DNA from: Mantamonas sphyraenae STR306 | Taxonomy: Eukaryota > Protista > CRuMs | Assembly: GCA_026936335.1 (NCBI GenBank) | Contig: JAPMXV010000068.1 | Span: 248,001-312,000 of the forward strand | DNA length: 64,000 bases | Direction: 5' to 3' | Part shown: positions 1 to 12,818 of the stretch, one piece after another | How the letters are laid out: each line of letters starts with the position of its first letter | How positions within the stretch are numbered: the first letter of the stretch is position 1 | Notes under the pieces: model-generated | Databases searched by the model: none | Told to the model about the DNA's origin: nothing | The model's input: the letters and a program-made list of their open reading frames with translations, nothing else | Made by a program: the position numbers and the translations under genes

Positions 1-3000
1 AACTCGGAAAGCTCTCTGATCGAGGCAGTGTTCTGTGTGCGCAGGTGCAGTCGGCTCTGTCCATCCTTGAAGGGTTCCCGCTCGCCATCCAGCAAGCCGC
101 AGGAACCATGATGGATGGTGTCGCCCCAGTGGACTACAAAAGGTACTTGGAGGACAATGATGACCTCCAGGTTGCTTTGGATGACATGCCGGACTACCTT
201 CGATCGCAGTACTCACGCAGCGTGTTGGGCGCATTGCTGGCAAACGCCGGGCGTTTGGCAGAAGCCTCGCAGACGTTGTGGCGCAAAGTCAGCCTCGTGC
301 ACGCGACGGGGATCAGCTACGAGCTCATGAGCTGGCTCGGCGGTGCAGAGGGCAACGTAGACGGGTTTCAGTTGCGAAAAGCCGTTTTGCCGCTGCTGAA
401 GTTGTCGCTGATTGCTGAGGCCGAGGGTGGATACGATGTTCACCGGCTGTCGCAGATGCTGTGTAGAGCCCGAATGGACGTGGAGACTCTGCAGACGGTG
501 TCGGCGGAGGTGATGGCCTGTTTGCATGCTGTCACGCCAGTGCATCCGAAACTTGACATGACGAAATGGCATGAGGTGGTGCCGCACGTAAGCAGCTTCT
601 TGTTGCATATGGAACAGCAGGGTGTCCAATGGGACTGGGAGTCTGGAGAAACCGACCTGGAACTGCTTTGGAGATTCGCGAGGTACTTGTGCCTGATGAA
701 CAACATCGATGCGCTGGAGAACAGGTCGTGCAGCCTTGGACGCGTCGGTTGAAGGACGTAAAGCCGCAACTGGTGGAAGAACTACACGTGCAATGTCTAA
801 CCTGCTTGATTTCACTGGGACGAGGCGCAGAAGCTCTGGGAAGGGTTGCAGATTTGGATTGGACAAACGAAGGTAGTCGCCTGAGAACCAAAGGACGAGC
901 ATTGACTGCACTGGGGCGGCTGGAGGAGGCAGAGAGTGCGTACAGGGAGGCTGTGGAGATGCAACGGACTGTGTACGGAGAGGGAGCAAACGGAGAGGTG
1001 GCAAAGACACTGGGGGCACTGGGTGGGGTGCTGAAGTCACTGGGGCGGCTGGAGGAGGCAGAGAGTGTGTACAGGGAGGCCGTGGAGATGCAACGGAGTG
1101 CGTACGGAGAGGGAGCAAACGGAGAGGTGGCAAAGGGGCTGGGGGCACTGGGTGGGGTGCTGAAGTCACTGGGGCGGCTGGAGGAGGCAGAGAGTGCGTA
1201 CAGGGAGGCTGTGGAGATGGAACGGAGTGTTTACGGAGAGGGAGCAAACGGAAACGTGGCAAAGGGGCTGGGGGCACTGGGTGGGGTGCTGAAGTCACTG
1301 GGGCGGCTGGAGGAGGCAGAGAGTGTGTACAGGGAGGCCGTGGAGATGCAACGGAGTGTTTACGGAGAGGGAGCAAACGGAAACGTGGCAAAGGGGCTGG
1401 GGGCACTGGGTGGGGTGCTGAAGTCACTGGGGCGGCTGGAGGAGGCAGAGAGTGTGTACAGGGAGGCCGTGGAGATGCAACGGAGTGTGTACGGAGAGGG
1501 AGCAAACGGAGAGGTGGCAAAGACACTGGGGGCACTGGGTGGGGTGCTGAAGTCACTGGGGCGGCTGGAGGAGGCAGAGAGTGTGTACAGGGAGGCCGTG
1601 GAGATGCAACGGAGTGTGTACGGAGAGGGAGCAAACGGAGAGGTGGCAAAGACACTGGGGGCACTGGGTGGGGTGCTGAAGTCACTGGGGCGGCTGGAGG
1701 AGGCAGAGAGTGTGTACAGGGAGGCTGTGGAGATGCAACGGAGTGTGTACGGAGAGGGAGCAAACGGAGAGGTGGCAAAGGGACTGGGGGCACTGGGTGG
1801 GGTGCTGAAGTCACTGGGGCGGCTGGAGGAGGCAGAGAGTGTGTACAGGGAGGCCGTGGAGATGCAACGGAGTGTTTACGGAGAGGGAGCAAACGGAAAC
1901 GTGGCAAAGGGGCTGGGGCACTGGGTGGGGTGCTGAAGTCACTGGGGCGGCTGGAGGAGGCAGAGAGTGTGTACAGGGAGGCCGTGGAGATGCAACGGAG
2001 TGTGTACGGAGAGGGAGCAAACGGAGAGGTGGCAAAGACACTGGGGGCACTGGGTGGGGTGCTGAAGTCACTGGGGCGGCTGGAGGAGGCAGAGAGTGTG
2101 TACAGGGAGGCCGTGGAGATGCAACGGAGTGTGTACGGAGAGGGAGCAAACGGAGAGGTGGCAAAGGGGCTGGGGGCACTGGGTGGGGTGCTGAAGTCAC
2201 TGGGGCGGCTGGAGGAGGCAGAGAGTGTGTACAGGGAGGCCGTGGAGATGCAACGGAGTGTGTACGGAGAGGGAGCAAACGGAGAGGTGGCAAAGACACT
2301 GGGGGCACTGGGTGGGGTGCTGAAGTCACTGGGGCGGCTGGAGGAGGCAGAGAGTGTGTACAGGGAGGCTGTGGAGATGCAACGGCGTGTGTACGAGAGA
2401 GGAGCAAACGGAAACGTGGCAAAGGGGCTGGGGGCACTGGGTGGGGTGCTGAAGTCACTGGGGCGGCTGGAGGAGGCAGAGAGTGTGTACAGGGAGGCTG
2501 TGGAGATGCAACGGAGTGTGTACGGAGAGGGAGCAAACGGAAACGTGGCAAAGGGGCTGGGGGCACTGGGTGGGGTGCTGAAGTCACTGGGGCGGCTGGA
2601 GGAGGCAGAGAGTGTGTACAGGGAGGCTGTGGAGATGCAGACATCCCTTTACGGAAACCTGGCGTTCCATAGCGACCGTTTGTTGACCATGTTCAACTTT
2701 CTGAACGTGCTGAGGAGGCTCAAGCGACCGCAAGCCGTGCTGGAGGGGCTGCCCGTCTGCGTCCAAGGGGCAGCCCAGCGGGCAATGCCTCCCTGGTACG
2801 CCGACAGCCTTTGGGAATTGGTCAAGTGGACCATCAAGGAATGCCCTTTCGACGAGAGTGCCTCTGACATGGTCGAGCATCTCTTACGAACCTGCAAAGA
2901 ACACTGGCCTTCTCGGTACGCCCCTGCGCTGAAACTTGCTGCCAGGTTCTTCCAGACCGACAACCTCACTCTGGCAACCCAACTCCAGGAAGAATATCTG

Positions 3001-3288
3001 ACCATTTTGGAATCCCAAGGAACCAGCCACCTGCGCAAGAAATCACAAACGCTGCGCACACAATCACACCGCTCCCCAAAGGGCAAGGGATCCAGATCCA
3101 ACCAAACCCGCCGTTGCCGCCACTGTGGTTCCCCCACCCAATCCAAGACGTGCAAGTTCTTTCTCGACGGAAAATGCCGCAAGGGCAGCAGATGCACCTT
3201 CCACCACTGCCCCTCCCCATCCTCCTCCTCCTCCCGCTCACCAAGAAACCACACGGAGCGACCATGGCGAAACCACAGCTCCAAGTAA
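1..3288 (+). CDS. NLR-like STAND protein, 5' part outside window: NB-ARC C-terminal half, 14 TPR repeats of 42 aa, C-terminal CCCH zinc finger; two apparent frameshifts
   Basis: ORF 45-752 has the GxP motif LEGFPLAIQQAA and an MHD-like YDVHRL. The frame shifts near 720 (GAG AA CAG) into ORF 629-1936 and again near 1915 (GGGG where other repeat copies have GGGGG) into ORF 1930-3288. Repeat unit is LGALGGVLKSLGRLEEAESVYREAVEMQRSVYGEGANGEVAKT; CKFFLDGKCRKGSRCTFHH lies near the end. Confidence 0.8.
905..2640 (+). repeat. Tandem array of 14 near-identical 126-bp units encoding TPRs
   Basis: EEAES occurs 8 times in ORF 629-1936 and 6 times in ORF 1930-3288. DNA units differ at only a few positions. 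Confidence 0.95.
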
Positions 3289-3300
3289 CCCTCTCCATTG

Positions 3301-4244
3301 TCACACCATCACATGCCCCCGCTTCTGCACATACAACGCCTGAATGTACATAAACTCATCCAACGTAATATGCTCGTCCTCATCCATATCGATCGCCAGA
3401 ATCGCCTTGTGACACCGGTCAAACTGATTCAACCACCTCTCCAGCCTCGCCTCTCCAATCTCCTTCACATCCCGCCCGCGAATCCTCCTCTCCAGCCGCT
3501 TCTGATAGTGCTCAATCACCTCGTCCCTCTCCAACGACCCGCTCCCATCGCTATCGATCTCCTCAAACACCTCCTTGATATCCTCCAGCGTGTCCCCGTC
3601 CAGCGCGGCAATTGCCTCCTTCACCGCCTCCTCCATCACCTCCACCTCCAGCTTCAGCACGTTTGGCTCCCCGTCCTCGTCCTCCATCGGAATGTCGTAC
3701 AAAATCATCGAGTTTTCGTCCACGTCGTCCGCCTCCTCCGGCACAAACGTTTGCCCGTTCACGGAAAAGCCCTGGATGCGAAACATCGGCGCCGCGTGGC
3801 CCATGATCTGCTTTTGCATCTGCGCGCCGCCCATGTCAGCGCCTACCCACTGCCCCTCTCCCCCTCTGCCGCCCGTTTCCCGACCCCCCGCCCCCCCGCC
3901 CCGTCCCCGCCCTCTGTCCCGTGCCCCGCCGCCCGCCAAATCCCTCCCAAATTTTCCCCCCCCCTTCCCCCTTTTCCCCCCACCCCCCTCCCTCCCACCC
4001 TTGCCAAACCTACCCCTGCATAATGAAACTCCACAAACTCCCTCCCATCCTCCAACTCATACTCATCATACTGAATCTGATACTCATTCCCTCGAAACAC
4101 CACCGTCGCAAACGTCGGCTCCTCCTCCCCTTCCTCGTCCTCGTCCTCGTCCTCCTCCACAGCCTCTCCCTCCATCTTTTCATACTTCTCCTCCTCCTTC
4201 TTCATCCCCCCAATCAACTGCTGCTTCAAGCTCAATTGCGACAT
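3301..4244 (-). CDS. Acidic EF-hand calcium-binding protein, 2 exons (4244-4014, 3819-3301)
   Basis: EF-hand loops DSDGSGSLERDE and DMDEDEHITLDE. Intron 3820-4013 (GTAGGT...GCTGAC...GCAG) joins HYAG|MQKQ in frame. Confidence 0.8.
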
Positions 4245-4287
4245 TTCTTCACTTCTCAAAAATACCCTTTTCCTTGCCTCCCCCCCC

Positions 4288-7200
4288 TCACTCCTCCTCA
4301 TCCTCCTCCTCATCCTCCTCATCCTCCTCCCCATCCTCAATCCCGACATACACAAACGTCTCCCACTCCTTCGCCCACGTCCTATCCGCCACCAACTCCT
4401 GCCCTCCGCCCTCCTCCGCACACACATAGTTCCCAGACGCCGTCCTCAACGCCACTGTCTCCTCGCCCACAAACACAATCTCAAACGTCTCATTCTCCCC
4501 GGCCCCCTCCGCCTCAAACGCCACCGTCGACCCTCCGCCGTCCGCTGCGCTCAAGTACAACCCGGAGCTGCCCTGGATCGCGTGTTTGCCCTCGCCCACC
4601 TTGTGCAGCGTCAACACCGCCTGCTCGTCCGCCTCCTCTCCGTCCGCCATTGCCTCGCCCTCCTCGCCGCAGCGCACGTACGCTCCGCTGTCCGCAATCA
4701 GGTTCACCTGTCCGTGCAGACAGGCCTCCACCTCAAACACGCCCTCGTCGCCCGGCTCGTCCACCTCCTCTGCCACCACCAGGCCGTCCACCACACGCAC
4801 GTACGCCCCTGCCTCTGTCACCAGCGCCACCTTGCCCTCCGCCCAGCCGTACTCCACCGTCAGCACCGTGCAGTCCTCCTCCTCCAGCGCGCTGCACGAC
4901 ATTCCGCCCACGCCCTCCTCCTCGCACATGGCCAGCATGCCGTTGGGTCCGCGCAGGCCCACGCCTTCGTCCACGTACACCAGCGTAAACACCTGCCCGG
5001 GGCCCTGTGCCTCCGCCCCTGCGCTCACCTCGCCGCTGTCCTCCACGCTCACGTACGTGCCGTCGCCACACTGCAGCGCCAGCGGCGACGGCAGCGTAAA
5101 CACGCCGTCCACCACCTCGGTCCAGTCGCCGTCGTAGTCCGCCGGGAACACGTAGCACTCGTTGCGCACAAACTCGTACCCCTTTGCCTCTGCCGACGCC
5201 TGCGCCAGCTCGTGCGCCGTCATAAACACGTCTCCGCTCTCCACGTGCCGGTACATCTTCAGCGGCACGCCGCCCACACGCGAGGCAAACACGTAGCCCT
5301 CCACGCGCAGCAGATGCCCACCGCCCTCTTCCACCTCGGCCAGCGTCGCCTTGCTTGCCACAGGGTGCATCTGGTTGCTCTCCGGGTAAAACGCCATCTG
5401 CAGCGGCACCGTGCCGTCCACCGCATGCTGGAAAATCTTGCAGTCTGCGTACATCGTCGTAAAGCCATTCTTGCTCAGGTTGCGAATCGTCGTGCTGTTG
5501 TACGCCGTCACGTGCTGGCCCTGCGATGCGTTCCACAGCAGCAGCATGTCCACCAGCGCGTTGTTTCCACGCACATCGCCGTAGTACGCCACCTGCGCCT
5601 CCTTGCTGCACGCCAGCCGGTGCACCTCGTTGCCGTCCGCGTCCATCAGCACCGCCTCGTCGCCGTCGTCGTTCCAAATGTACCGCTTCGTCCAGAACAA
5701 ATCGTGCGGCGGGTCCTCCTGCTCCACGTTCTTCTTGCCCGACCACACACACACGTCCTCGCCCGGGCCCAGCTCCGTCCCCTCGGCAAACGTGTACGTC
5801 TGGTAGTTCCCGTCCTCCGACTTGACCTTCCACCCGCTCAGGTCCACCGTGCCCATGCCAATGTTCGCCACCGTCACACAGTCCCCAATCAGGTCCAGTT
5901 CCGACACAACCACATGCGGCCCTGCCCCGCCGTCCTCCTCGTCCCCAAAGAACCACGCCACCTCCTGCTCCTCGCTGCACGGCAGCCTCTGCACCTCCTC
6001 CCCCTCTGCGTTGCGCAGGATCGCCTCGTCCCCGTCGTCGTTCCAAATGTACCGCTTCGTCCACAGCAGATCCGTAGGCGGGTTGTGCGCCCCTTCGTTC
6101 TTCAAACCCGACCACACGTTCAGCTGCTCCCCCGGCCCCACCGTCACGTCCTCCGCAAACGTGTACACCTGATACATCCCGTTCGGACTCGACAGCTTCC
6201 ACCCGCCCAGCGACACCTCCTCCTCGCTCACGTTCTCCAGCGTCACACAGTCCGCCACCAGGTCCAGCATACGCATCACCACAGGCGTGTCTGCCACCAG
6301 CAGCGCCGGTCCCGTCGACGCAGGCTTCGCCGCAGCCGCAGCCGCAGCCGCCGCAGCAGCCGCCGCCGCCTCCGCTGCTGCCTCTGCCGCTGCCTCTGCC
6401 GCCTCTGCCGCCTCCTTCTCCGCCGCCTGCCTCGCCTCCTCCGCCTGCCTCGCCTCCTCCGCCTGCCTCTCCGCCTCCGCCTGCCTCTCCGCCTCCTCCG
6501 CAACCCTCGCCGCCTCTGCCAACCTCGCCTCTTCCGCCTCCCTCTCCGCCTCCTCGCGGATCCTCTTTGCGTCCCGCTCCGCCTGCGCTCGGATCCTCGC
6601 CGCCTCACGCTCGGCCTCCAGCTTGGCCTTGGCCGCTTCGATCTCAGCCTGCATCTTGGCCTCCTGGGCTGCCAGTCGCTCCGCCTGCGCCTCACGCTCC
6701 TCCTCCAGGGCCGCCTCCAGGGCTGCACGCTCCTCCTCCATGCGCTGCCGCTTGGCCTCGGTGGCCGCCTGCATAAAGGCCACGCCGTCGATGCCCGCCT
6801 GGCGTGTGAGACACGCCTGGATGTGGATTTCGCCGTGTTCGCCCTCCTCCTCCTCCTCGCCTCCCTTGGTCAGCGGCACCCACGCGTCCATCGGATCGTC
6901 CAGCGTCAGCGTGCTCAGCTCCACACTGCACATGCCCATGAAATCGTCGCGCGTAAACCTGTCCTTGTCCATGATGCGCACGTCCATGGTGGCATCCGTG
7001 TCGTGCACCTCGTAGATAAACGCCGCGTCGGCAAACACCGGGTTCGAATCCTCGCCCCCCGTTGCCACGCCGCTCTTTTGCTCGACCTCGCGTCCGCGCA
7101 GGTTCACCGCCACGTATGCGTCCGCCTGGCCCCACACGTCCTCGTCGCCCAGGCCACGTGCCTCCGACACGGCCACGTGCAGGTACGTCCTCTCCGGCGC

Positions 7201-10200
7201 GTGCCACGAGTCGCTCAGCATCACCAGCATGCGCACACGGCAGCCCTCCTTGTCCAGGTCGAACCACTCCAGCACGGGCGCGTCCTTTTCCAGCGACGCC
7301 AGCGACAGCTTGCCGCTTGCAATCGTGTCGTCCCGCGTAATCGTGTCGTGGTCCATCAGCGTAAACTCCAGATCCGTCTGTTCGTTCGTCACCTCCAGCT
7401 TGAACGACTCGTTCCAATCCGGCACATCCGTCGACGGCAGCGTGCGCGTGCGCACCTCCATCCGCTGCCCGGCAAACCGCAGCTTCAGGTACGGATCCAT
7501 CTTGCCGCCGTTGATCAGACCCCGCGCCACATCCGCTCCGTACACAAACAGATGCAGGAACGCAGGCTCCTGCAGCTCCGCAATCGACGGCCGGTCCTTG
7601 TCCGTCGAGTACACCACCTGCACCTCCAGGTCGCCGCTCACCTGGTCCACGTCGTCGTGCTCGCCGTCCAGACCCCGGCCCAGCGCGTAAAACTTGTGCA
7701 CCGGCGTGTCCTCCTCCAGCCCGGCCACGGGGATGTCCACCTGGCCCAAAAAGTCGTTGCCCGACAGACGATCCCAATCCCACACGCTCAGCGACAGCAC
7801 CGCCGTCGTGTCCGGCGCAGGCAGGATAAAGTGTGCGTTCTTCCACGACGGCTCCAGCGTGCCCTTTTGGATTTCCGTCTCAAACTCCTGGTCCAGGCCC
7901 GAAAACTTGATCTTCACAAACGGATCCGCCGTGCCCAGCCCCAGTCCGTCCACAGGCACCAGGTCGCGCGCACCAAACACCTGCACGTGCATGTAATGCT
8001 CCTGCGGCCGCTTGCGCGACTTGCTCAGCGTCACCTGCGCGTGCAGCTCGCCCGACGTGATGTCTCGCGACGCCGCCCCGCTGTGGCTGCTCTCTCCGCC
8101 CTGGTTCGTCAGCGGGAACCAATCGTTCAGCGGCGCCTCCTGGTTCAGACGCGTCAGAGGCACGCGCACCTGGCCCATGAAATCCGCCCCGCTCACAGCG
8201 TCCCGGTCGTACACCAGCAGGTCCAGTTCCAGCTCCAGCGACGTGACGTTGAATCGAAAGTGCTGGTCGCTCCACTGCGGCGTCAGGTCGCCCTTGATCA
8301 CAGGCGTCTCAAACTCCTTCTCCTCGCCCACCAGCTTCACCACCACAAACGGATCCGACGTCCCGTCCGTGTCCATCGCCATCAGGTCGCGCGCCGCAAA
8401 CACACTCACGTGCAAAAACAGGTCGTCTTCGCACGCCGCAATGTACGGCGTCTCCAGGCTCGTCGACATGCACAGCTGCAGGCGAATGTCCCCGCTCGCC
8501 TTTTCCGCCCCCTCCTCCGCATTCGTCGTCAGCTTGTGCCACTTGTGCACGGGCTCCTCCCGCGGCAGGTTCCACAGCGGGATGTTCACCTCGCCCAGCA
8601 GGTCGTCCTTGGACAGCGTGTCCCTGTCCCACAGGCGCACCCACGCGTACGGCTGCCTCTCGGTCGTCTCAAAGTACTCGCTGATTTCGTCGCCCCAGTC
8701 CGGGTTCAGCGTGCGCTTGATCACCGGTGTCTTGAGCTGCTTGCGTCGTCCCACCACCTCCACCGTCACGTACGGATCCGACTTGCCGCCCAGGTCCAGC
8801 GGCACAATGTCGCGTGCCTCAAACACGTGTGCGTGCAGGTAAAAGTTGTCCGGCGCACGCGGCTCCGTCGTCTTCCACAGCTGCACGTGCAGGTGGCCGC
8901 CGTTGTCCAGCTCGTACCCGCGGTTTGTGTACTCGTCCATGGGCAGGTCCGCCACCGCCACCGCCACAGAGCCCACCGTCGCATCCTCCGTCAGCATGTC
9001 GTAGTCCCGCACCACAATGTTCAGCGTGTCGTTCGGATCCATCACCAGGAAGCGGAACTGCTCGTTGAACGAAAAGTCCACCTCCCGGCACGACGAAAAC
9101 TGCTCCGTGCGATACGTCGTCATGCCGCCCTCAAAGCTCACCAGCACATACGGGTCCGGATCTGTCACCATCGCCGCCGTCGCAGGCAGCTCTCGTGCCT
9201 CGTACACGTTCACGTGCAGGTACACCGGCGCCGGCGGCACACGGTGTTCGCTAAACGTCAGCTGCACGTGCAGCTTGCCCGCCGCGTTGCCCTCCGGATC
9301 CTTCAGTTCCAGCCAGCGGTTCTGCGGCGTCTCTGCAGCCGCACGCAGCTCCTGCAGACCCACCGACACGGTGCCCAGCACGTCGTCCGCACTCAAAAAG
9401 TCGTAGTCCATCACCGTAAACTCCACCTGCTCATCCCCAGACTCCACCGTCTCCGGGTACACCGCCAGCGAAAAGTGCTCCTCGTCCCACTCCGGGTTCA
9501 CGTTGCACTTGATCACCTCTGTGCGCCACTCCTCCGGGTTGCTCGTCATCTTGGCCACCACGTACGGGTCCGACGACCCGCCCACCGTGCGTCCAAACAT
9601 CTCAAAGCCCAGATCCGCCGCCGGCAGCTCCCGCGCTCCGTACACACTCACGTGCACAAACGAGCTCCCCGGCGGCTCCGGGTACCGCGACAGCACCGTT
9701 TCCAGATGGATCTTTCCTGCCACCTTGCCCAGGCCCAGCATGTCGCGGAACGACAGATCGATCCCGGCCGCCTCCTTGATCGCCTCACCCACCTCGCTCG
9801 CAGACGCCATGGCCCCTTCCGCATCCTTGGATGCCGACGCCACCTTGTCTCGCGCCTGGTTCTTCATCTTGCCCAGCGTCGACGTGGCCTCCAGCGTCGT
9901 GTCCCGCTCCAGCGCGTGCAGCTCGTACCACTCGTTCTTCGGCGTCTCAAACTCCAGCGACGCCACGTCCAGCCGCAGCGCACCCAGCGAGTCGTTTGAT
10001 CCCACGCGGTCGTAATCCATCACCGTCACCTCCAGCACCGCGTCCTCCAGCCGTTCGCGCACCCGCAGCGACAGATGCTGAGCCTCCCACTTGGGATTCA
10101 GGTCCTTCTCCACGTGTTCCGTCTCGTCAAACAGACGCGAGCCCATGAAGCGCAGGTTCACGTACGGGTCCGACGTCCCACCCACGTCCGCCGCACGCAG

Positions 10201-12571
10201 GCCCTCCGCCTCGATGCAGTGCACGTGCAGGTAGTACCGCTCGGGCTTGCGCTTCGTGTCCGACAGCGTCAGTGCCACGTGCACCTCTCCGCTCGCCTCC
10301 AAATCCTCGGGCATGTCCTCCGACCCCTGCAGCGGCAGCCACGCGTTCAGAGGCTGCTCCTTGGTCAGATCGGCCAGCGGCACGCGAGCCTCGCCCAGCA
10401 GCTTTTCGGCGTTCAGGTTGTTGTGGTCGTACACACGCAGCCACACCGTCGCCTCGGGGTCCATCACGTCCAGGATGTGGTATTCCTCCTCCCACTCCGG
10501 CGCCAGCGTGCTCTTGGCCACCGCCGTGTCTGCGTGTCGCACCTCGCCCGTCATCTGCACACGCACATACGGGTCCGATGTGCCAAACGTGTCCACCGCC
10601 GCCAGGCCACGCGCCGCAAAGATTTCCGCGTGCAGAAACGGTCCCTCCGAAGGCGGTGCCACACGCGGCGGCTGCGTGGCAAACGTGTGCAGCAGTTGCA
10701 GACGCACGTCGCCGGTCACTTCCAGATCGCCCGTCTCCTCGCACGGCTGCAACTTGTACCACTTGTTCAGGGGCACGCCAAATTCCAGGTCGTCCATGGG
10801 CACCACCACCTGACCCAGCAGCGTGTTGCGTGTGATCTTGTTCTTGTCCCACACCTGCACCAGCACCTCGTCGCTCGGGTTCACCACGTCGAACCGGTGG
10901 TACTCCTTCTCCCACTCCGGGTTGCACTCGTTGTCAATCACCGCCGTCTCGAACCGCTCCTGGCCCTCCACAAACTTGACCACCACAAACGGGTCCGACG
11001 CACCCGACGTCAGGTCCACGTTGGCCAGGTCGCGTGCGTTGAACACATTGCAATGCAAATACGTCGGCTTGGGCGCCTCGCGGCTGCGCGACATCATCAG
11101 CTGCATCTGGATCTGTCCCGTCACCTTTTCGTCGTTGTCATCCGTGGCTCCCGACGACGACGACGCAGCCGCACTCTCCGCCGTGCGGCCCTGCAAGTCG
11201 TACCACTCCACCACCGGCACGTTGCTCTTCACATCCGACACGGGCATCAGCACCTCTCCCAAAAAGGTGGCGCTCGTAAAGTTGTTCTCGTCCATCACCT
11301 GCACCTGCAGCTGCTGGTCCGTGCCCGTAATCGGCAACACAAACGACGCATCCAGCCACTCTGGATCCAGCGTCTTTTTGATCACCTTGGTCTTGAAATC
11401 GCTCTTGTCCCCCAGCAGCTTCACCGTCACATACGGGTCCGACGACCCTGCCACATCCGCCGCACGCAGTCCACGTGCACGGCAGATGCGCACGTGAAGC
11501 ATGCGCAGACCCTCGCCTCCGCTGCTCTGGTCCAGCGCCACCTGCACAATTTCGTTCCGCGGAATCGGTCCGTTTTCCGCCACCCGCTTGATCAGGTCCA
11601 CCCACTCGCTGCGATCGGCGTCGTCCTGCGCATCGATTTTCCACGTGCGTTCCGACGTCGTCACCATGAACCGTGCGTGTTCCTCCTCCTCCTCGTCCAC
11701 GTCCACCGTCACCGTCGGCTCCAGCTCGATGAACCCCTGCGGCACCGCGTGGTTGTCGTCCTTAAAGTAGTACAGGTGGTCCTGCAGCATCAGGTACCGG
11801 TCTCGCATCATTGGGTTGATCGCTCCCTCCTTGCGCACGAAGCCCGCCTTGGCCGTGTACGTGCGGCACTCTTCAATCGCTTCGATCCAGTCGTCCAGCA
11901 CCTCCCGCTCGCTTGCCCGGAACACATACGTCTGCTCCGCCGTGTCCAGGCTGAACCAAAAGTTCCCGTCCTCCTCATTGCGTTCGCCCCGCTGAAGTTT
12001 GGCTCCTGCCAGCTTCACCACACGCTTCGGGTCGTCTCCCTGTGTGCCATGTCAGCGAGCTGCGAAAAACCCTCGGTGGAATTTTTGTGTGTACCCCTCC
12101 TTCCCCACAAACTCCCTACGGCACCAGCCGCTCTCTCGCACATGCACACCCACGTCCCATGCATGCACACACCTACGCGCGCGATATCGCCGGCCCCTCT
12201 GTGCGCACCCGTGCATGTGTGCCGCGCACGGGGTGTTTTCCGGCGGCCGGCGCGCTTTTTGTCTGGAGAGCGAATCCCTGACACCAACGGTCGGGTGCGC
12301 TGACAAATGTCCACACCGCGCAACAAGGGGACCACAGACACGCCGTAGCGCACATCGACGCCTCTCCAGACCACCTGGGGATCCTTGTGGCCAATTTCCT
12401 TACCTTCTTGTTGGCGTACCAGAGCAGATCGCCCTTGAGGATGCACCACCGCGAGTGGTACTTCTTGCTCAGGCCATCGCCCTTTTTCTCCAGCTCGCCC
12501 TCCTTGTCCGGGTTGTAGATGAGACGCTCGATGGCCGTTGTCACCACGTGGCGTCGGAAAAGTTTTGACAT
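4288..12571 (-). CDS. Giant multidomain protein (~2640 aa): 2 PH, 11 C2, coiled coil, 2 lamin-tail (LTD) domains, beta-trefoil/fascin-like C-terminus; exons 12571-12404 and 12039-4288
   Basis: Intron 12040-12403 (GTAAGG...GCTGAC...CACAG) joins WYANKK|GDDPKRVVKL to complete a PH domain. Eleven LHVxVxxARxL...SDP(Y/F)V C2 starts counted. Two LSGWK...YTF...G..V.VWSG...IWNDDGD LTD repeats. Fascin-like ALRTASGNYVCAEEGGG...LVADR..WETF. Confidence 0.9.
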
Positions 12572-12818
12572 GATTGGTTGTGTTCAATGATTGGGTGTTT
12601 GAAGAATGCTGAAAAAGTTTCAATTGGTCCGCCGCGCGCAGAACAGCGTGAACATCGTTGTCCACCGAGGAAGGAAAGACACACCGTGAGCATTTCATGC
12701 GATGCCCTCACTCTCTCTCTCTCTCTCTGACGCATGACACTGCACTGCACTGGATCTTCACGGTCGTTGGCCAAAGACAACTTGCCCAACCGTACCCAAC
12801 CTCCGCAGCAGCCTCGTC

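Noticed and set aside
905-2640. 126-bp array as a CRISPR-like array
   Set aside because: There are no unique spacers; units are contiguous, a multiple of 3 long, and encode TPRs.
4582-9999. 1805-aa plus-strand ORF, and similar long antisense ORFs (10075-12303, 14278-16458, 17830-21192, 48993-52385)
   Set aside because: Shadow frames of GC-biased genes on the opposite strand; His/Arg/Leu-rich translations with no recognisable motifs.
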